Notes under the pieces: model-generated
What the model was told of the DNA's origin: nothing
The model's database searches: none
Seen by the model: the letters and a program-made list of their open reading frames with translations, nothing else
Assembly (NCBI GenBank): GCA_050084985.1
Contig: JBITNC010000001.1
Coordinates: 620,001 to 684,000, forward strand
From: Nageia nagi
Taxonomy: Eukaryota; Plantae; Pinophyta
DNA: 64,000 nucleotides
Direction: 5' to 3'
Part shown: piece after piece, positions 37,531 to 52,000 of the stretch
How positions within the stretch are numbered: the stretch's first letter is position 1
Layout: every line of letters starts with the position of its first letter
Position numbers and translations under genes: made by a program

Positions 37531-39722
37531 TGTTGACCAAGGTGCAACAACGATGTTATCATTTTTGTCAACACACCATTATGGATGTATTCAATGCTTG
37601 CATGGGAATTTTCTGTGTATATATGTTGCAGTGTTCAAAGCTGAAAAAGTTGCAAAATTGTCAAAAGTTGTAAAAGTTGTCAAAAAGTTGCAAATGAAGT
37701 AAAAATTGCACATTGGTGCTTATTTGGAGATGTTCGGTTCTTGTGTGGATGTATTTGGTGTTCAAAGAAGTTATTGTAGGTTTTTTGTGCGAATTTGCAA
37801 AATTTGCCAAAAGTTGCAAAAATCGTCAAAGGTACCAAAATCGTCAAGTCGCCAAAACCCCAAAGGACTGTGTTGGAAAGCCCAAAAAAATGTGTGTAGG
37901 CTTGTTGGATGATAATAAGTGTGTTTGCAGCGTTGGAACGACCGGTTGTCTTATCGGTGCATGATTAGACAATTTAGTGTTTTATGGGACAATTGTAAAA
38001 TTAGTGTCAGAGGGCATTTTACAGGTAAAATATCAAGCAATTTGGAAGGAGTTAGGCTTTGAAATTTATACAGGTCATAGATTGAATTACGGTAAACATA
38101 CAGTTCAAATTTCAGCAATGAAGACCCAAGACAGAAACGACGAGAGTTGTAAAAAGCTAATTTGCCACTTTTTCTAGTTTTGGACAATTTTATGGGACAA
38201 CGGTAAAATGCTAAAATCTATGTTTGGTTGTGAGAAATATTGAAGTTTGATGATTGATTCACCTTTATCTCATCAAAATGAACAACTTTTCTTTTTGCAC
38301 CACCTCGATCCGAGATCACGAAGTATGAGTTTGAGTAACTTGCACCATTCTTTGTCCGCCAAGTGTTTAACAAGTTGTTTCTTTGATGTTTTTCAAGTGT
38401 TCGATCATTTTGAAGGCAAATTGCTTGATTTTATGCTTGGAAGTGTTCTAGTAGTGTTATTGGTCAGCAGTAGTGATGATTTGTTGAATTGCAATTGTGG
38501 TAGAATTGTTTGAGAAACTATGATTATTGGTGAATTGATAGTTTTGTTAAAATTCAAATATTATTAAAGATAAAATATCAATCATTTTTGGAAGGGCATA
38601 ACTTTTGATATAGGCATCCAATTGAATTGATTTTTTTCCATTCAATATCCCTTGAAAAGATCTTTCCAGCAAATATATGCATGCCTATCTTTTTAGAGAT
38701 TTGACCTTCATTCAGTGCATTTTGTTTAGGGAACGTTCTGAAGGCTGGTTAGCATAGGGGGCATTTGGGATGCTAGTTTGCATTTTTTTTTATACATGTC
38801 AATTTCTTACGATATAAAAGAAAAAGAAAAAGCCAAGGGTTTGAGTGATTGTTGGATGAAATATGTACACAAGTTTTGAAAGAAAATAATGGAAGAACAG
38901 AGTTTTCCTTACGAAGGAGCTGTTACAAAGAGAACCCTAAGATTTGGGTGGTAAAAGACATCATTATTCAAAGTGAATGTAGTGTTTTTGATTGACAGAC
39001 ATTCTAGCAATGTGAAGACAAGGTTAGAGATTCTTGGAGGCATAACGAACATTTGTTTTACACTGTTGTGGACAAGTGTGAAATGCAGGTGTGCAGTATG
39101 GTTGTGATTGAGAGAGTAAAAAAGCAAGGTAGTTTTTGGGTGTCGATTTGTTTTGAATGGAATAGTTACAGGGCATACGTTCTTGAAGAATTCAAGGCAT
39201 AACAATAATCATATTATTATTGCATTCGGACAACTATGAGGAGCTGTTGTGTAGGGCTAGAAAAGGGAATTCATTGGCAGTAATTCAAGGTGTTGTGTTG
39301 TGTGAACAGTAGTGTGGTTGCAACCGTCAGGATGAACAGAAGAAGAGTTTGTGTTAAACCACTCATAGTCTTTGGAATAGAGAAATTTTCTATTACTGCT
39401 TGGTGAGTTCGTAGAGTGGATGCTTGGCGACAAGGGTCGGTGCTCCTTGCAGTCAATGTTGCAAAAGTTGGGGTTAGTCAGTGCTACTCCCCACAGTGGG
39501 TGCTACAAAAACATTGTAAGACCAATTTATTTTGTGACTAAATTTAGATGGAAGTCCGAGCAGTCCTTTGGCAGAGTGGTTTTTCCCACATTTGTTTTCC
39601 ACTATAAATCTCGTGTTGTGCAATGCTTGCTTGTGTGTTTGCTTATTCTTTTTTATTTTGCATGTGTTAAATTTTTAAGTTACGCATTCACCCCCCCTCT
39701 CAGTGTCACATGTAGTTCAACA
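37531..39722 (+). repeat. 3' LTR of the copia element (SIRE-like, about 2.2 kb)
   Basis: TGTTG...TTCAACA after several PPT-like runs (AGGGGGAG, AAAGGGGGAAAAGAG, AAAGGGAGGGA). U5 motif ATTCACCCCCCCTCT is typical of Sireviruses. Confidence 0.78.
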
Positions 39723-39878
39723 AGATCTTCACCATTAAACACTCTAGATCTCATATCTGTATCAAAATATCAATTTAGGACAACATATAGAACTTAGAAA
39801 AATACTCCATAATGCATGAGATCTAATAGAAAATGAGACGAGCAAAATATGGATGGAAATTTGCCTCTAGGGCCTAAA

Positions 39879-41297
39879 TGTAATGTTCCAAAATTACTCT
39901 CAACAAAAACAACTCAGCACTAGGGCACACAAACCATCCAATACTCCCACATGGGCCTCCTAGGCCTTCTGAACTATACTCTACACCAAACAAGGATCTC
40001 ACAATGTTGATGTCAGCCCCTAGGGCTTTTCCAACACTCTGCAAACCCCACGAATGTCCACAACAACAATGCACAACACAGGAATACCAACGATGGCTAC
40101 ACACAATGATATGAAGCCAAAACAAGCTTCCAACACCAGTATATCACAACACATGCACACAACGAAACAACACAATGATGAGAGGCACAAAGATATGTAT
40201 TTAGTATGATATGATAATGAAGTACAATGGAGGTCACAACACACAGATCTAGGGTTCCAAACCCTCAATAAGCTGAACATGCAATGGGAAAGACTCACTC
40301 CCTCAGTATCCGAATCCCCTCCTACAAAGGAGTTTCCTCGAATCCTGGGACCACTAAAGGTAGAAGCTCGCCCTTGGAATGCCATTGGATGGGCTAGGTG
40401 ACCCACCTAAGCCATAGAATGTTAGGCTCCCAACCATGTCACTCCTCTAGATGCCATCTAGGAATATTGCTCAGCACTGCCAAGACTTAAATGCCCGATT
40501 GGGTCTGGTATAGAAAGTATATGATAAATGGTAACCTCATAGTGGAGCCTCATCCTCAATATATAGTCTCTCCTAGATCTCACTTAGGAATCATGCGCAT
40601 GCCTCTCTATTCCAATGTTGCCTAGGGATACCAGTAATCACAAGATCCAATGGCTAGATATGCAACACCTTGGGATCATGCATCACAGCTTAGAAAAATG
40701 GTCCCATTACTATTGCTACATGCATTGAATACACATCACAACATACTCACATCCCGAGGAGTGGGACGTCACGTTTCAAGGAGTCAATATGAAGTCGTTT
40801 ATAAATTTCCATGGGTGGCCACGAGGTGGAAGACGAGTCCGGATGGCGAACTTCAAGAGACCATAACTCCTTCGTTTCTTGATGAAACCATGTCGTGTGA
40901 CCTATCAAAACATTTCCCACAAGATGCCCTATCCAAAGAACAAATCATATCAGCTCTCCAAGACCTCTGGTGAACTCTATCTTCTAAAAGGGGATGTCAC
41001 CGTGATTCCCACAATCTAGGATTACCCACACATAACAACACTACATTGGGATTCCCACAATCCGAAATTACCCACACATAACAACACTACATTGGGATTC
41101 CCACAATCCAAGATTACCCATACACGACATCACATATTACTACTCAAGAAGAGATGTCCCATTTCTGGGCTCATAGTGGGTCCACAGGACCATAAGCTTC
41201 TACCTTGAGTTGCACAATCACACTACACACATGAACTAACTATAGATTACAAAGTGGTCATGATTTAATTTATCATTGGCTCAAATGGGACATCACA
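39879..41297 (-). mobile_element. Solo LTR distantly related to the 5542 LTR family
   Basis: TG...CA ends, TSD CTAAA/CTGAA (4/5), and shared GATTGTGGGAATCCCAA motifs. Contains a ~46-bp tandem repeat at about 41005-41130. Confidence 0.65.
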
Positions 41298-42589
41298 CTG
41301 AACATCTCACTAAGAGTGGCAAATACAAGTGAAAATATACCCAAATTTGATCCAGAATTCACCAAGGAATGTGATGTCCCTTTCAAAATGGCAAATACAT
41401 GCAAATCTCTCCTCAAAACTCATAACAATGGCTGAGCAGACCTCTAAAAACTAGAAAACATGACATGAACAAGCCTAGAACAATGCAACGTCCCTCTCTA
41501 ATGCAGATATGGAGTGAATTTGAGCCTCAAAATAGATCTAGAATAGAATAGTAGGCTAGACATCTCATGTATTATGCAAAATTGGCCTCACAACTGAAGA
41601 AATTTGCCTCCTAGGTGTGGACGTCCTCCTCCAAGGGCAATTAATGACTTGAAAGATCAACAATAAGCCTCCTAGAAGCTCAACGTTCCACCTACCAAGT
41701 AATAGTGTTGAAGAAACTCCAGGGTTTTCGTCCTAGAGCCCCTTTGACAATGAAGGTTTTTGTTCCCCTCTTGGACATTGTATTATTTCTTCTTTTTGTG
41801 GAATTCGGCTTGTAGCTAAATTACATTTCTCTTGTGGATGAAACCCTACAAGAGCATCTTCTACGGACGAAAACCTATAGAAGATAGATTCAGAGATGAA
41901 AACATATGGATCGTGAGAGTGGAACGAAAACACTAACTCTCTTGGAGGCAAACCTACATAGGGTTTGCATTTGTAGTTCATTGGATTTAATTGTGGAGCA
42001 TTCAATGTGTATTCAACCAGCTAGGGCATCATTGCACCATTTTGAGAGATTAGATTTTTATTCAGCCATTAGAGGGCTTTTACATCACATTATACAGTTT
42101 CCAACATCAAATCCAGTATACTAAATCAAACACCTAACTCTAAGAGGCATTTTCGGGCACTTTGCATCCATTTTGAAGCTTCTAGAAGGTCCATTCAGCT
42201 TGAAAGAAACAAAGTGACGTTTTTGAGTATTCAGTCAATTGAAGGCATTTTGTTGGCCAGATTTGATAAGATCCATCAGTATTGGTTGTATTCAGAGGGT
42301 TCTATACCAGATTTGATATATTGCATTGTTGGTTTTCAGATCAAGGTTTCTTCTCATGCATGTTTGCAGATCTTGACATTTTTGAGTAGATCTATTCATT
42401 GTAATTGATATAGTTTTATATCAAATGCAAATCCATTGATTTGGCCCAAGATTTGAGTATTTTAGTAATTTCTCTGTATTGCGGTATAAATTAGAATTTT
42501 ATTTGTAGCAAATCATAATTTATTTGCAAGAAATATTGTGTTTTGCCCTAGGGTTTGAAAATTTCAAAATAGGGACACTAAATCCAACA
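41298..42589 (+). mobile_element. LTR-like remnant ending TCCAACA
   Basis: Repeated AAATTTGCCTC motif also found at about 39860, and an LTR-type end. Boundaries uncertain. Confidence 0.35.
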
Positions 42590-45227
42590 CATAGGCTTCC
42601 ATGAGGAGGATCCTATGGATGTCAAGGAGTAGATGAGTGATGCCAAACTTGGTGATACTATAGGATATTACAATGGAGATGAGGAGAATGAGAATGCTCT
42701 AGCAGCCTTGAATGTGATGATTTTTATGTGGCTCAAGTAGATCAAACATGGCGAGAGGGTGATCCATGTAATTATGTCAATACATCTAGGGTTAGTGATA
42801 AAAATGCAAGATAAATAACAATATGTTAATATGATAATGTTTGCTTTTGTAGATAATGTTGAGGAGTGGCAAACCCTTATCTTGGATAACACCATGACTG
42901 TATTTAGGGGAGGGGATGACATGCGGCCTCGGTTTTCAAATAGGAAAAAACAACATAGCAATGTATTTTCCTTGACATTGGAGCTACATGATAGGAAAGA
43001 GAGAGCAAAGGTCAAGCTAGAGGTACAATGAGCGAGTATACGAGAACTAGATGGACAAATTCAATAGTTAATTTCAAAGTTGCAACAAGTACGAACAGAG
43101 GTTGCTAGGCAAGAGGGTGAGGCTAAACTACAATTAGTATGTCCCCACAAGGAAATCCATGGACTACCTATCTCACATAAAAGGAGAAGTTTGAAGCTCT
43201 ACTCTTTGAGCTATGATAAATGAAGAGGAATTTGATGTACTTTAAGGGTGAGTACAACATAATATCTTCTTAGGGTATCAAGAGGAGATTCACACTGGGA
43301 TTGTCCTAAAGGAGAATGATGGCAATATTTGAACAATAGCCATCGACCCGAGCAGTATTGTCTAAGGAGGGCACAAATGAGGAAGGAGGGGAGAACTAGG
43401 CTCTTTGCTACCTGATGTATATCATTGTATTATACTAAATTTTGAAAAGATTAATACAAAATTTGATTTTTGCATACAAATTATTGATCAATGATAATAA
43501 ATTTGGTTAAATGAAAATTACTGAATCATACCTTAAGTGTATGATAATCATGATGTTAATAATTTCTCAATTTTGAAACATGTAACAATACATTGACTTA
43601 AATTGTAGTTGTATTAGTTGATAAATGCAATTGCTTTTATGAAAATTGAGGAGATAATCACATGAATCAGGTGTACCAACAAGAAGATGAAATCCAAAAC
43701 AAGATATAACAAAGAAATTGGAATGAAAAAATATGATAAAAATCAAAAGCGAAATACCAAAAATAGAATTTGAAGGATCTAATTTTGTGATCAAACTTCA
43801 AGAAGTGACACCTACATAATTATCCTTGAAGGACAATTTGCACCAATTTGTTTGATGAGAAAATCACCATGCTAATATGGGCGATGTATAAAACCCTACA
43901 GGATTGTTCTAAATTGTTTCCGTGCATTGTCCAAAACGACCACATTTTGGGAGCTCTAGTCCTAAAGCACCCATAATGTAGGCCTATGTGTATCAAAATG
44001 CCCACATTTTGGGACAAATTGCATTTTGAGCCTGAAATGCGTTTATATTGACTATCATCATGAAAATATGCTTTTGTACACTATTTTGCTACCATTTAAT
44101 ATTTATGTGAATCCAATAACACTTTCTAATTATTTTTCTATGTGATCCGCAACCTATTATGGTAAGGGGTTATTACAAATTCCCAATTTATGGTTTTGTG
44201 GTTGAACTAATGCAAAATGTTGAGCCAGTTGAATAGGTTGAGTATCATCATCAAATTTGATTGCCTTATAATCAATCAAATTTTTTATAATATTCCTTAG
44301 CTTTCTACATTTCATCGTGATATGTCCGAAGTTTTGATGATAGTTGCAAATTCCTTCAAACCTATAACCTTTTGGGACACCATTGGGAATGGATGTTCTC
44401 TTCTTGAGGGCAACTCAATAATATGCCCATTAACTAAGATGTCCAAAACTCAGTTTAAGCTTTACTGAAAGCGTGAGTACTTTCTTTGTGGTATTTGGTG
44501 AAGGATGGTTTTAACTTTTTTGTGTTTGCCACAACCATTGTATTTTTGTCTTTGTCAATTATTGTGTTGTTCTTTTTTTTACTGACATTCTAAAAGCATA
44601 ATTTCTTTTTTGATCATGTAGCGAATCATTTCTTCCAAAAGAAGTGATTGTAAAAAAATCATCTTTTAAGCCTTTTTGTTTTGCTTTGATTTTGTTTGCC
44701 TTCCCTTTCTATACCTTTATAAAATAATAGAATTTCTAATTTTGGTAAATGTATAAGCTTGTATAAATCTCCTAATGTGGTATCACGTTTGATCTTCAAT
44801 CTATAGTCTTGCAAAAATTTGCATGTGGGATTCTCAAAGTTCTTACTAGTCTCATTTGGTAATTCTTGATACCATGGGAGGCATCACCTATTAGGTTCTT
44901 GAAAATTATCCTAATCATGAGATCTTTATTGTTGTTGAATTCAATTGCTTCATTCTTGAATCTAAGTATATGTTGTGCAAGGTCTTTGTTACCATTGTAT
45001 TTGATAAAACTTGGTAGATCCTTTTCTGGTTAAGTCGGTGATTTGATTCTTGAATATAGAGTTTTTCCAATGCTTTTGTATGAAACCACATGATGTGAAT
45101 TCGTGCCTCTTTATAAACATTGTTAATTCTTCTAGAGTTTGTTGAACTTTTGGTGTGTTTGTTCCATTAATTGCATCCTAGATTATTTCCTAGGTTGCTC
45201 CATATTAGACCTTGTTTTGGTGAAAAC

Positions 45228-46249
45228 CAAGATTACAAATGGACTGAGGATGAGGGTATAGGGGGATTGGGAAACGTGTATCCAAGGATGGTAGGGGACG
45301 GGGGCATTATTTTAAGGGATTCTTTGAAACGATAAGTGTGTTGTATATACAAAATAAAAATATTGAATTTAATTTATTTTGAAGCATTAAAATAAATATA
45401 TTATAGAAATTAAATTATTAAACGTATTAAAATTTTATTATAAAACAATTAAAATTAATTTAAAAAACATAAAATATACAATTTATTATCATAAAACAAT
45501 ATAAAAATACTAAAACCATTAAAATTAAATATATTAAAAATTATTATAAAAAGATTGAAATTAATTTAATTAAATACATTAAAGATTTTAAAAATATTAA
45601 AAAAAAACTATAATTAAATTATTAAATGTATTAACTATTAAAATTAAATTAAAACATTAAAATTAAATTCAAATGTTTAAACTAAAGAATTAAAAAAATA
45701 TATCTCTCTCAATTATTCCATCAAAAAACTCGAGGTTGCACCACTTGATGTACATTTGGAGAAGGGTGTTGTGCAAAAACACGTCTTCCATGAACCTCAA
45801 ATTGCGATTGAAAATTAGAGCATGTACACACTTGCCCTGATGTAAGACTTTCTTCTGAATGCAATACTTATGTGAAGAGGAGTCCACAATGCCATGAACA
45901 TTATGCAACACATGCACAACCTCATTGAGATGACCCTCTTTACAAAGTGCAACGATGGTGGTGGGCAATGTAGAGGTTGTGGGTATTCTTCTTGTGGAAG
46001 AGAGTGTGAGAGATGCCCAATAATCTGAATGCTATAATGACTTGTGGTGTTTGTGTATTTGTAGGTGCATTGCTATTTTGCAAGGGACGACTACCCAAAT
46101 CCTTTGAACATCCCGGTGATGGCCCTTATCATTTCCTTCAAAAGGGGTACGAAGGGGAAATGTCCCCGTGTACGTCCCCCCATCCAAGAAATGTAAAGTA
46201 TGGGAAAAATCCTCCCCCAAGTAGGGAGACACATCCCCGTGTATCCTTG
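45228..46249. mobile_element. Non-autonomous hAT-type element carrying a PPR gene fragment
   Basis: 8-bp TSD GTGAAAAC/GCGAAAAC, short TIR CAAGATTAC/GTATCCTTG, and subterminal GGGGAC/GTCCCC motifs in opposite orientation at the two ends. Confidence 0.7.
45690..45968 (-). pseudogene. PLS-class pentatricopeptide repeat gene fragment
   Basis: IVALCKEGHLNEVVHVL...CIQKKVLHQGKCVHALI...DVFLHNTLLQMYIKW...FFDGIIERDIF. Confidence 0.8.
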
Positions 46250-46559
46250 GCGAAAACTCCTTTTTTGTTTGTATGTTTCCATTGGAGTATCTCTACAAAT
46301 TCTATCAATTGTATGAATTGTTCTTCAAGATATAATCTTTTGAATTGAGGTTTTCCTTTCTCCATTAAATGAAATTTATTATGGTCTCTACCTAAAGTTT
46401 ACTTTTATATGGTGTTAATCCTTCAGAGTTGAAAATTATTATTTCGTAATCTTGGATTTCTTGAGAAGTAGATAGTTGATTTTGTTGTTGTATTCTTCGA
46501 CTTAATGATTGTAATGTTACTGCAGTTTTAGCTTCTCTTGCTAATTTAAGTCTCAGTTT

Positions 46560-49500
46560 TAGCTTCTCTTGCTAGTTTAAGTCTCAAACATTGGCCTTGG
46601 GAAGTATTTTGAGGATATTCCATTTAGGGTTAATGCGATAAATGGTGGTGGTAATGTTGTAGCAGGAGGCAAAATAGGATAAGAAATGACTTGAGACACA
46701 ACAAAGTTATTTCTAGAATGGTTGCAAACTAGTTGCAATTTTTGGGTGTCAAGGCCAAAATGTTGGTAAATATAAGACATAGGGTCTAGAATGTCCCACT
46801 TTCTACATTATAGGATTGAGGCCCCAAATCCTTGTCACTTTGTTCTAAAGGACCCAATACATTTGTGCTGTGGGATGAGAAACCTAAATTGGGAAGGCTA
46901 TAGATATAATGTATGCTTGATTTGAGGCCAAATGAGGTCATCTTGAAATTAAATATCTTAGAATTACTTAGTTTCACAAAGAGATGGATTTAACACACCA
47001 CAAGTCCTCTAGAGATCTATGATTATATTTTGTAGTCTAGGCAACATTACAAAGTTATGAAGGAAATCTTCATCAACCAATATACACTATCAGAGTTTTG
47101 TTCTTCTTTCTTCATCGGTAGGGCATGCAATGGTATTTCAAGGGCAACATCATCTTCTAGGATTAGTCTTTCACTATTTTGAATCACTTGATTTTCTATT
47201 TCATTATTGTTTGGACAAGCATTATTTGGTTGTTTCTCATCCTCTCCTATGTCATCATCATAGTTCGTACTTTGTATATCTTAATTGAAAATCTCCTCAT
47301 CTAAAAAGTCAAGTTCACCAAATTGTAGACACAAAAAAGAGAATAATGTATTAAAATATGTATAATTAATAATGTCTATGAAATGAAAAATAGATTAACA
47401 GCTAAATGCAACATAGAGATCTACCAACTAGGATTAGGTAGTACTTACAAGAGGAGATACGGAGGAGAATACTTATCTCGAATTGGGGATCAACACTAGG
47501 CTGACGAACAACTTGTGTTCTTGGAAGACAAAACTTAGCATTTTGGAGTGGACATGTAGCCACCCAAAAATGATTTCAAGGGCACGCAGGTAAGTATAGG
47601 TATAGTATACCATCTTACACTTGCTCATGTTTCAGATATCCATATGTTCTAAGTTGCAGAAGATCATATTTGAAAATCTTATGAAATATGCAACATCGAC
47701 GTCGTGCACGCACTAAATCTACAACGCCTACATCGTAAAAACAAAAGTTTTTTGAAAATCATGTATTTCAAAACTAAGGCCACTATAAATTTTGAAAATA
47801 TGGCATTATTTTTTTTGTATAGCATATGATTTCTTCGCAATCATCTTATGAATGCAATACATGTTCTACTTACAAATTTTTCAGAAAAGCCATGGAACTC
47901 CCAAGAGCATAAATATCAAACTAATTCTATAGATATGAGCATAATTTTCAACGGTTTGAGGCACTCTTGATCCCATTTTCTTTGAAGTAATAGCTCTACG
48001 ATCATCAAGCACGAAGTTGTCGTCTCCTAATCATCTGATCACCTAAAGGAGTCCATGTTTTATCCACGTGGTCAGGAAATAGAGAATCCCTTTCGCTTGG
48101 TAGTATAAGCAACCTACATGTTTTGGCTCTAAACACCCATAATGCTTAGAGGTAAAAAGCACCCATTTGCTTGGGTACATAAGCAAGCCTTTATATTATT
48201 GTAATCATGTTCTATCATATCTTTGATTTTACAATGCTATAATCTTTTGAAAGATATGATCTATGCGGGTATGTTTCTTTTATGTTTTGCAGGCTATCTT
48301 TCTTAATCTATTTTTTTCTTAGTTCCCCCAATCGAGGATTCTCTACAGGCAACCAAGTCAAAAAGGGGGCATGGCGAAGGCAACAAGGTTGTGACATCCG
48401 CAAATCTATAAAGGAAGTAATCTTTAAATTCAATTAAAAAAATTTCTATACTTTTCTTTCATTCTTTGGATTATGCAATTTCAATGTTTTTCAATACATA
48501 TCCAAAGAGGAGCAAATGTAGCCACCTAAAATTGATTTCTTATTTATTAATAAATCATATTTTAGGTATCTATATATTATTTAAATAATGCAAATATCTA
48601 TAATATCAAGACTAATGTGTTAATCATATGCTAAACATGTGCTAATCAAGGCTAATATCTCTTAATCATGTTTATATCTATAATTATCTTGAGAATATCA
48701 TTAATATTGCATGTTCTTCTATAATTCTATTGAAATGATTATTATTATTTCAAAGTCGGGTCTCACTCTCTTCTATGTCTTTGCAGGTATAAAAGAAAGT
48801 GCACAACACAATAACCCCTATCAGATCTCTCTAAGAGGTGGTTTTCCATACATCATACTATACTTACGGTGTCTCTCAACACCACCTATCTGAGAATCTA
48901 TTATGCTATGAGATTTATATTACATTTTATCTTCGTTATATGCTTTCATATTGCAAATCCCACTGTGTGCACAGAGTGAGGTGATTGTAACACAACATCC
49001 ACGTGACTCTGTGTGATTTAGAGCAACGAATTTGAGGGATGTCAAGCATAGATCCGGGTCAATGAATATCCATATGGCTTCATCCCCCATTCGATCCGAT
49101 CCTCTGCATAATTACACAACATCTTGAGGATTGTTTGCTTCTCATATCAGGTGCATACTTTCTTGTTGTTATTCAAGTAGCATTGATAAATGATTCACAC
49201 CTTATACTATAAATTTGTATTTATTATTGTAAATCATTATTTAGAGTCTACAGGACAGATGGCAAATTTGCATTGTATTGGGTTGCACTTGGCTTCTGAG
49301 ACTATAGAATCTCAATAGATTCACTACATCAACAACACGTAAGGTTCAGCTCAAATAAAGTTGCAATAACCTTGATAAGATTATTGAACTCTCACAAACG
49401 GAAGCATAAACATAAAGACATATATCAAGAGTTGAACTCTACACCAATTTGCCCAAGATCTTAGGTTTGGGCTTAACCAAACATTCACAATGAACCAATG

Positions 49501-52000
49501 AAGTAATGAAGCAACCTTTGGAACTAAATCAATACACAACCATGGAGCTACAAACTAGAATGGCATTGTTGTAGCAAACACACTCTTTATTGATGACAAA
49601 CATATAATCATATACAATGAACTTTGTGTATATTCTGATAGAATATGACACTGTACATATAGAGCACACACATTCTACAACCTAAACAAGACTATGCTCT
49701 TCATAAAGCTCACAAGATATCTAACACCCTCTATATTTGTTCTACATGTTCTACTTACATTACAAAACCAATGGATTACAATGCTTATATAGATTTTGGG
49801 AGACACTAGAATAGACATGGATTGTTGAGAGAAATTCTCTCAAGACTTATCACAAATTTGTCTAAGATTAATCAATACTACTGTAAATAGGTTTAGATCC
49901 TATCAACAACAGTCTAAATATGGTAAAAGACATTCCTACAAATCACAAAAGACAAACAGAAGAAGTTAAACATGGACTGGTCGTCAAAATTGACCAAAAC
50001 AAGTTAAATCTAGAAAAGACAATCGAAACGCAGTTCCTCTTAAAAAATGCGATCACATACCAGAAACATGATCGCGTTTGGATAGAAACACAGTAGGGGC
50101 TATGTTTGAACATGATGAAATGTAAGCATGGCTGCATTTCTGAGCAAAGTGTAGGAAAACTTAGTTTTGATACCGAATGCTGATCTTTGATGATGCCAAG
50201 AATCCAACAAAGACTTGTTTAGAGTCAATTTGGTTTAAGGACCAAATTGTCCATGTTTTGGATCTAGCAACGTTCTAGGTTGTGGTGACGTACAATGTTT
50301 TGCTTGGTTCTGGTGACCTCCTTGTCGAATTCTACAATACCTATAAATATCACTTAAAGGAAATGCTTGGAAGAAGATAGTAGCATTAGAGCATACAAAA
50401 AAGATTGCCTAATGTATTTCTGAGATTTGTTTTTGATATTCTGATCATGTATTATGTGTCTTCTATATTTTTCATGTATCCCATATCACATAAGACCTGT
50501 GGTTTGAATGTGTACTATCGGTTCTTGGAGAAGAACATCTTTTATATTGCTATGTATTAATGAGATCTGTATATATTGCGAGCAAACTAATTCTTACTAA
50601 CTGCAGTTAGAAAGTGAACCCTATCTTGGGGAGTTTACAAAAACCCAGCTGGATAATCATTTGTCTTCAAAATTTCGCAAGAGATCAAAATTCGTGTATA
50701 TTCATAATTGCACATCTTGAAATGAGTTCTTTCCCCTTCATACCAAACCTCTTTTGACAGTAAGACCCACCTTTTTATATCTTCAATTTAGGACTCCTGA
50801 ATTTGTCTAAAACATCCTTATTGTCATCTTGTTTTTCAATTTTGTGGGAGATGTTTTGAACTCCAAACCTCATATTAACTGTGTCTATTATCATCTAAAT
50901 TTAAGCTTGAGACATTTTTGAAGCATATTAAATGCAACTTTTTTGTGCAAATTCTTGGGCATGGGATTCCCTACAAAAAGGCATGCAACTACCTTTCTTC
51001 TTAAGTTTCTTTTGTTCTATTAACAAGGGGGACTGCCACTCTCAACCTATTCCATTGCGCGTGCCTTAACAGATGCACTTTGGATCTGAATCACATATTG
51101 TTGTCTAGGTCTGCAGTGTATTACTCGTAAATGTCAATTATTAGAATTTGCTATGATAAGTTTCTAACCATCACATTAAAAAAACAAGAGTCTTTTCCGC
51201 AGTTCAAGATTTAGTCATTGATGACAATCTCCAATGGACCTGACAATTTTTACACAAGTGCATGCTCAGGAAGCTTTTGTGTATTCAACCATAATTCCGC
51301 ATTTGATGTTAGTTTCCCTTTTTCTTGTTTCAAGAAAGCAGGTTCTTGCTTGCTAAAACACATATATCCTGATCTCCTCCTTCCCCTTGTCACATGCTAC
51401 TTCATATCCACCCATCATCACCAAACTGTGAAACTACACCAAAAGAAAAACAAGACAATAACAACATTCGCAGAAATCATTAAAATCAAACCATTCAACA
51501 CATCAAAACATGCTACACAATCATAATAGGCATTGGGTATGTGTATCTCCCATACCATGTGGAAGTCATACTGCACGCCAAGAACATAGCCCCAGTCAGT
51601 GATTCTGTCAATTACTCGTTATACAATGTTGATAGTATAATGTTGTGTACATGCCTTCGCACAGTATACTAGAGTTTTAAACAAACACCAGATCCAAGCC
51701 GAAAAAGTTAGGTTAAGAACTTAAGCCTATTCCAAAAAAAAATTCTCTGGTTCCTAGCCAAATGAATTTTCACACCTAACCACATAAAGTCCTAAACTTA
51801 ATTTACAATCCAAACAAGTTCAATCTCCGAAATTAGAAACTTTCTACTAAACGAGAAAGAAGGTAATTCATGAATAGAAAACCTCTTACCCACTACAACA
51901 TCTCCATTGTAAAATCTCCATGATCATAATCCATTCAAGGGAAACTTCCACGACTCGTGTACCGTATGTTGAGGCAATTGAAAAGACTCAAAACAAATTT
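46560..52000 (-). pseudogene. Fragmented spliced gene remnant, probably DNA-transposon derived
   Basis: Minus-strand GT/AG junctions (e.g. donors near 47447, 51547, 51890) bound short coding-like segments with stops. No domain was recognised. Confidence 0.25.
47555..49252 (+). mobile_element. LTR-derived insertion (solo or deleted LTR element)
   Basis: TGTAG...CTACA with perfect TSD GGACA. A second LTR-start motif TGTAGCCACC at 48517 is preceded by PPT-like AAAGAGGAG. Confidence 0.8.

Larger units (their letters stand above)
44190..46370 (-). pseudogene. Tat/Ogre-type gag remnant, interrupted by a hAT element
   Basis: Minus-strand ICNYHQNFGHITMKCRKLRNIIKNLID (CxYH...GH...C..L...I..LID motif). 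KGVFA|KTRSNMEQ is contiguous across the insertion. Confidence 0.55.

Noticed and set aside
49297-50335. Possible solo LTR
   Set aside because: TG/CA candidates exist but no matching TSD or partner was found.
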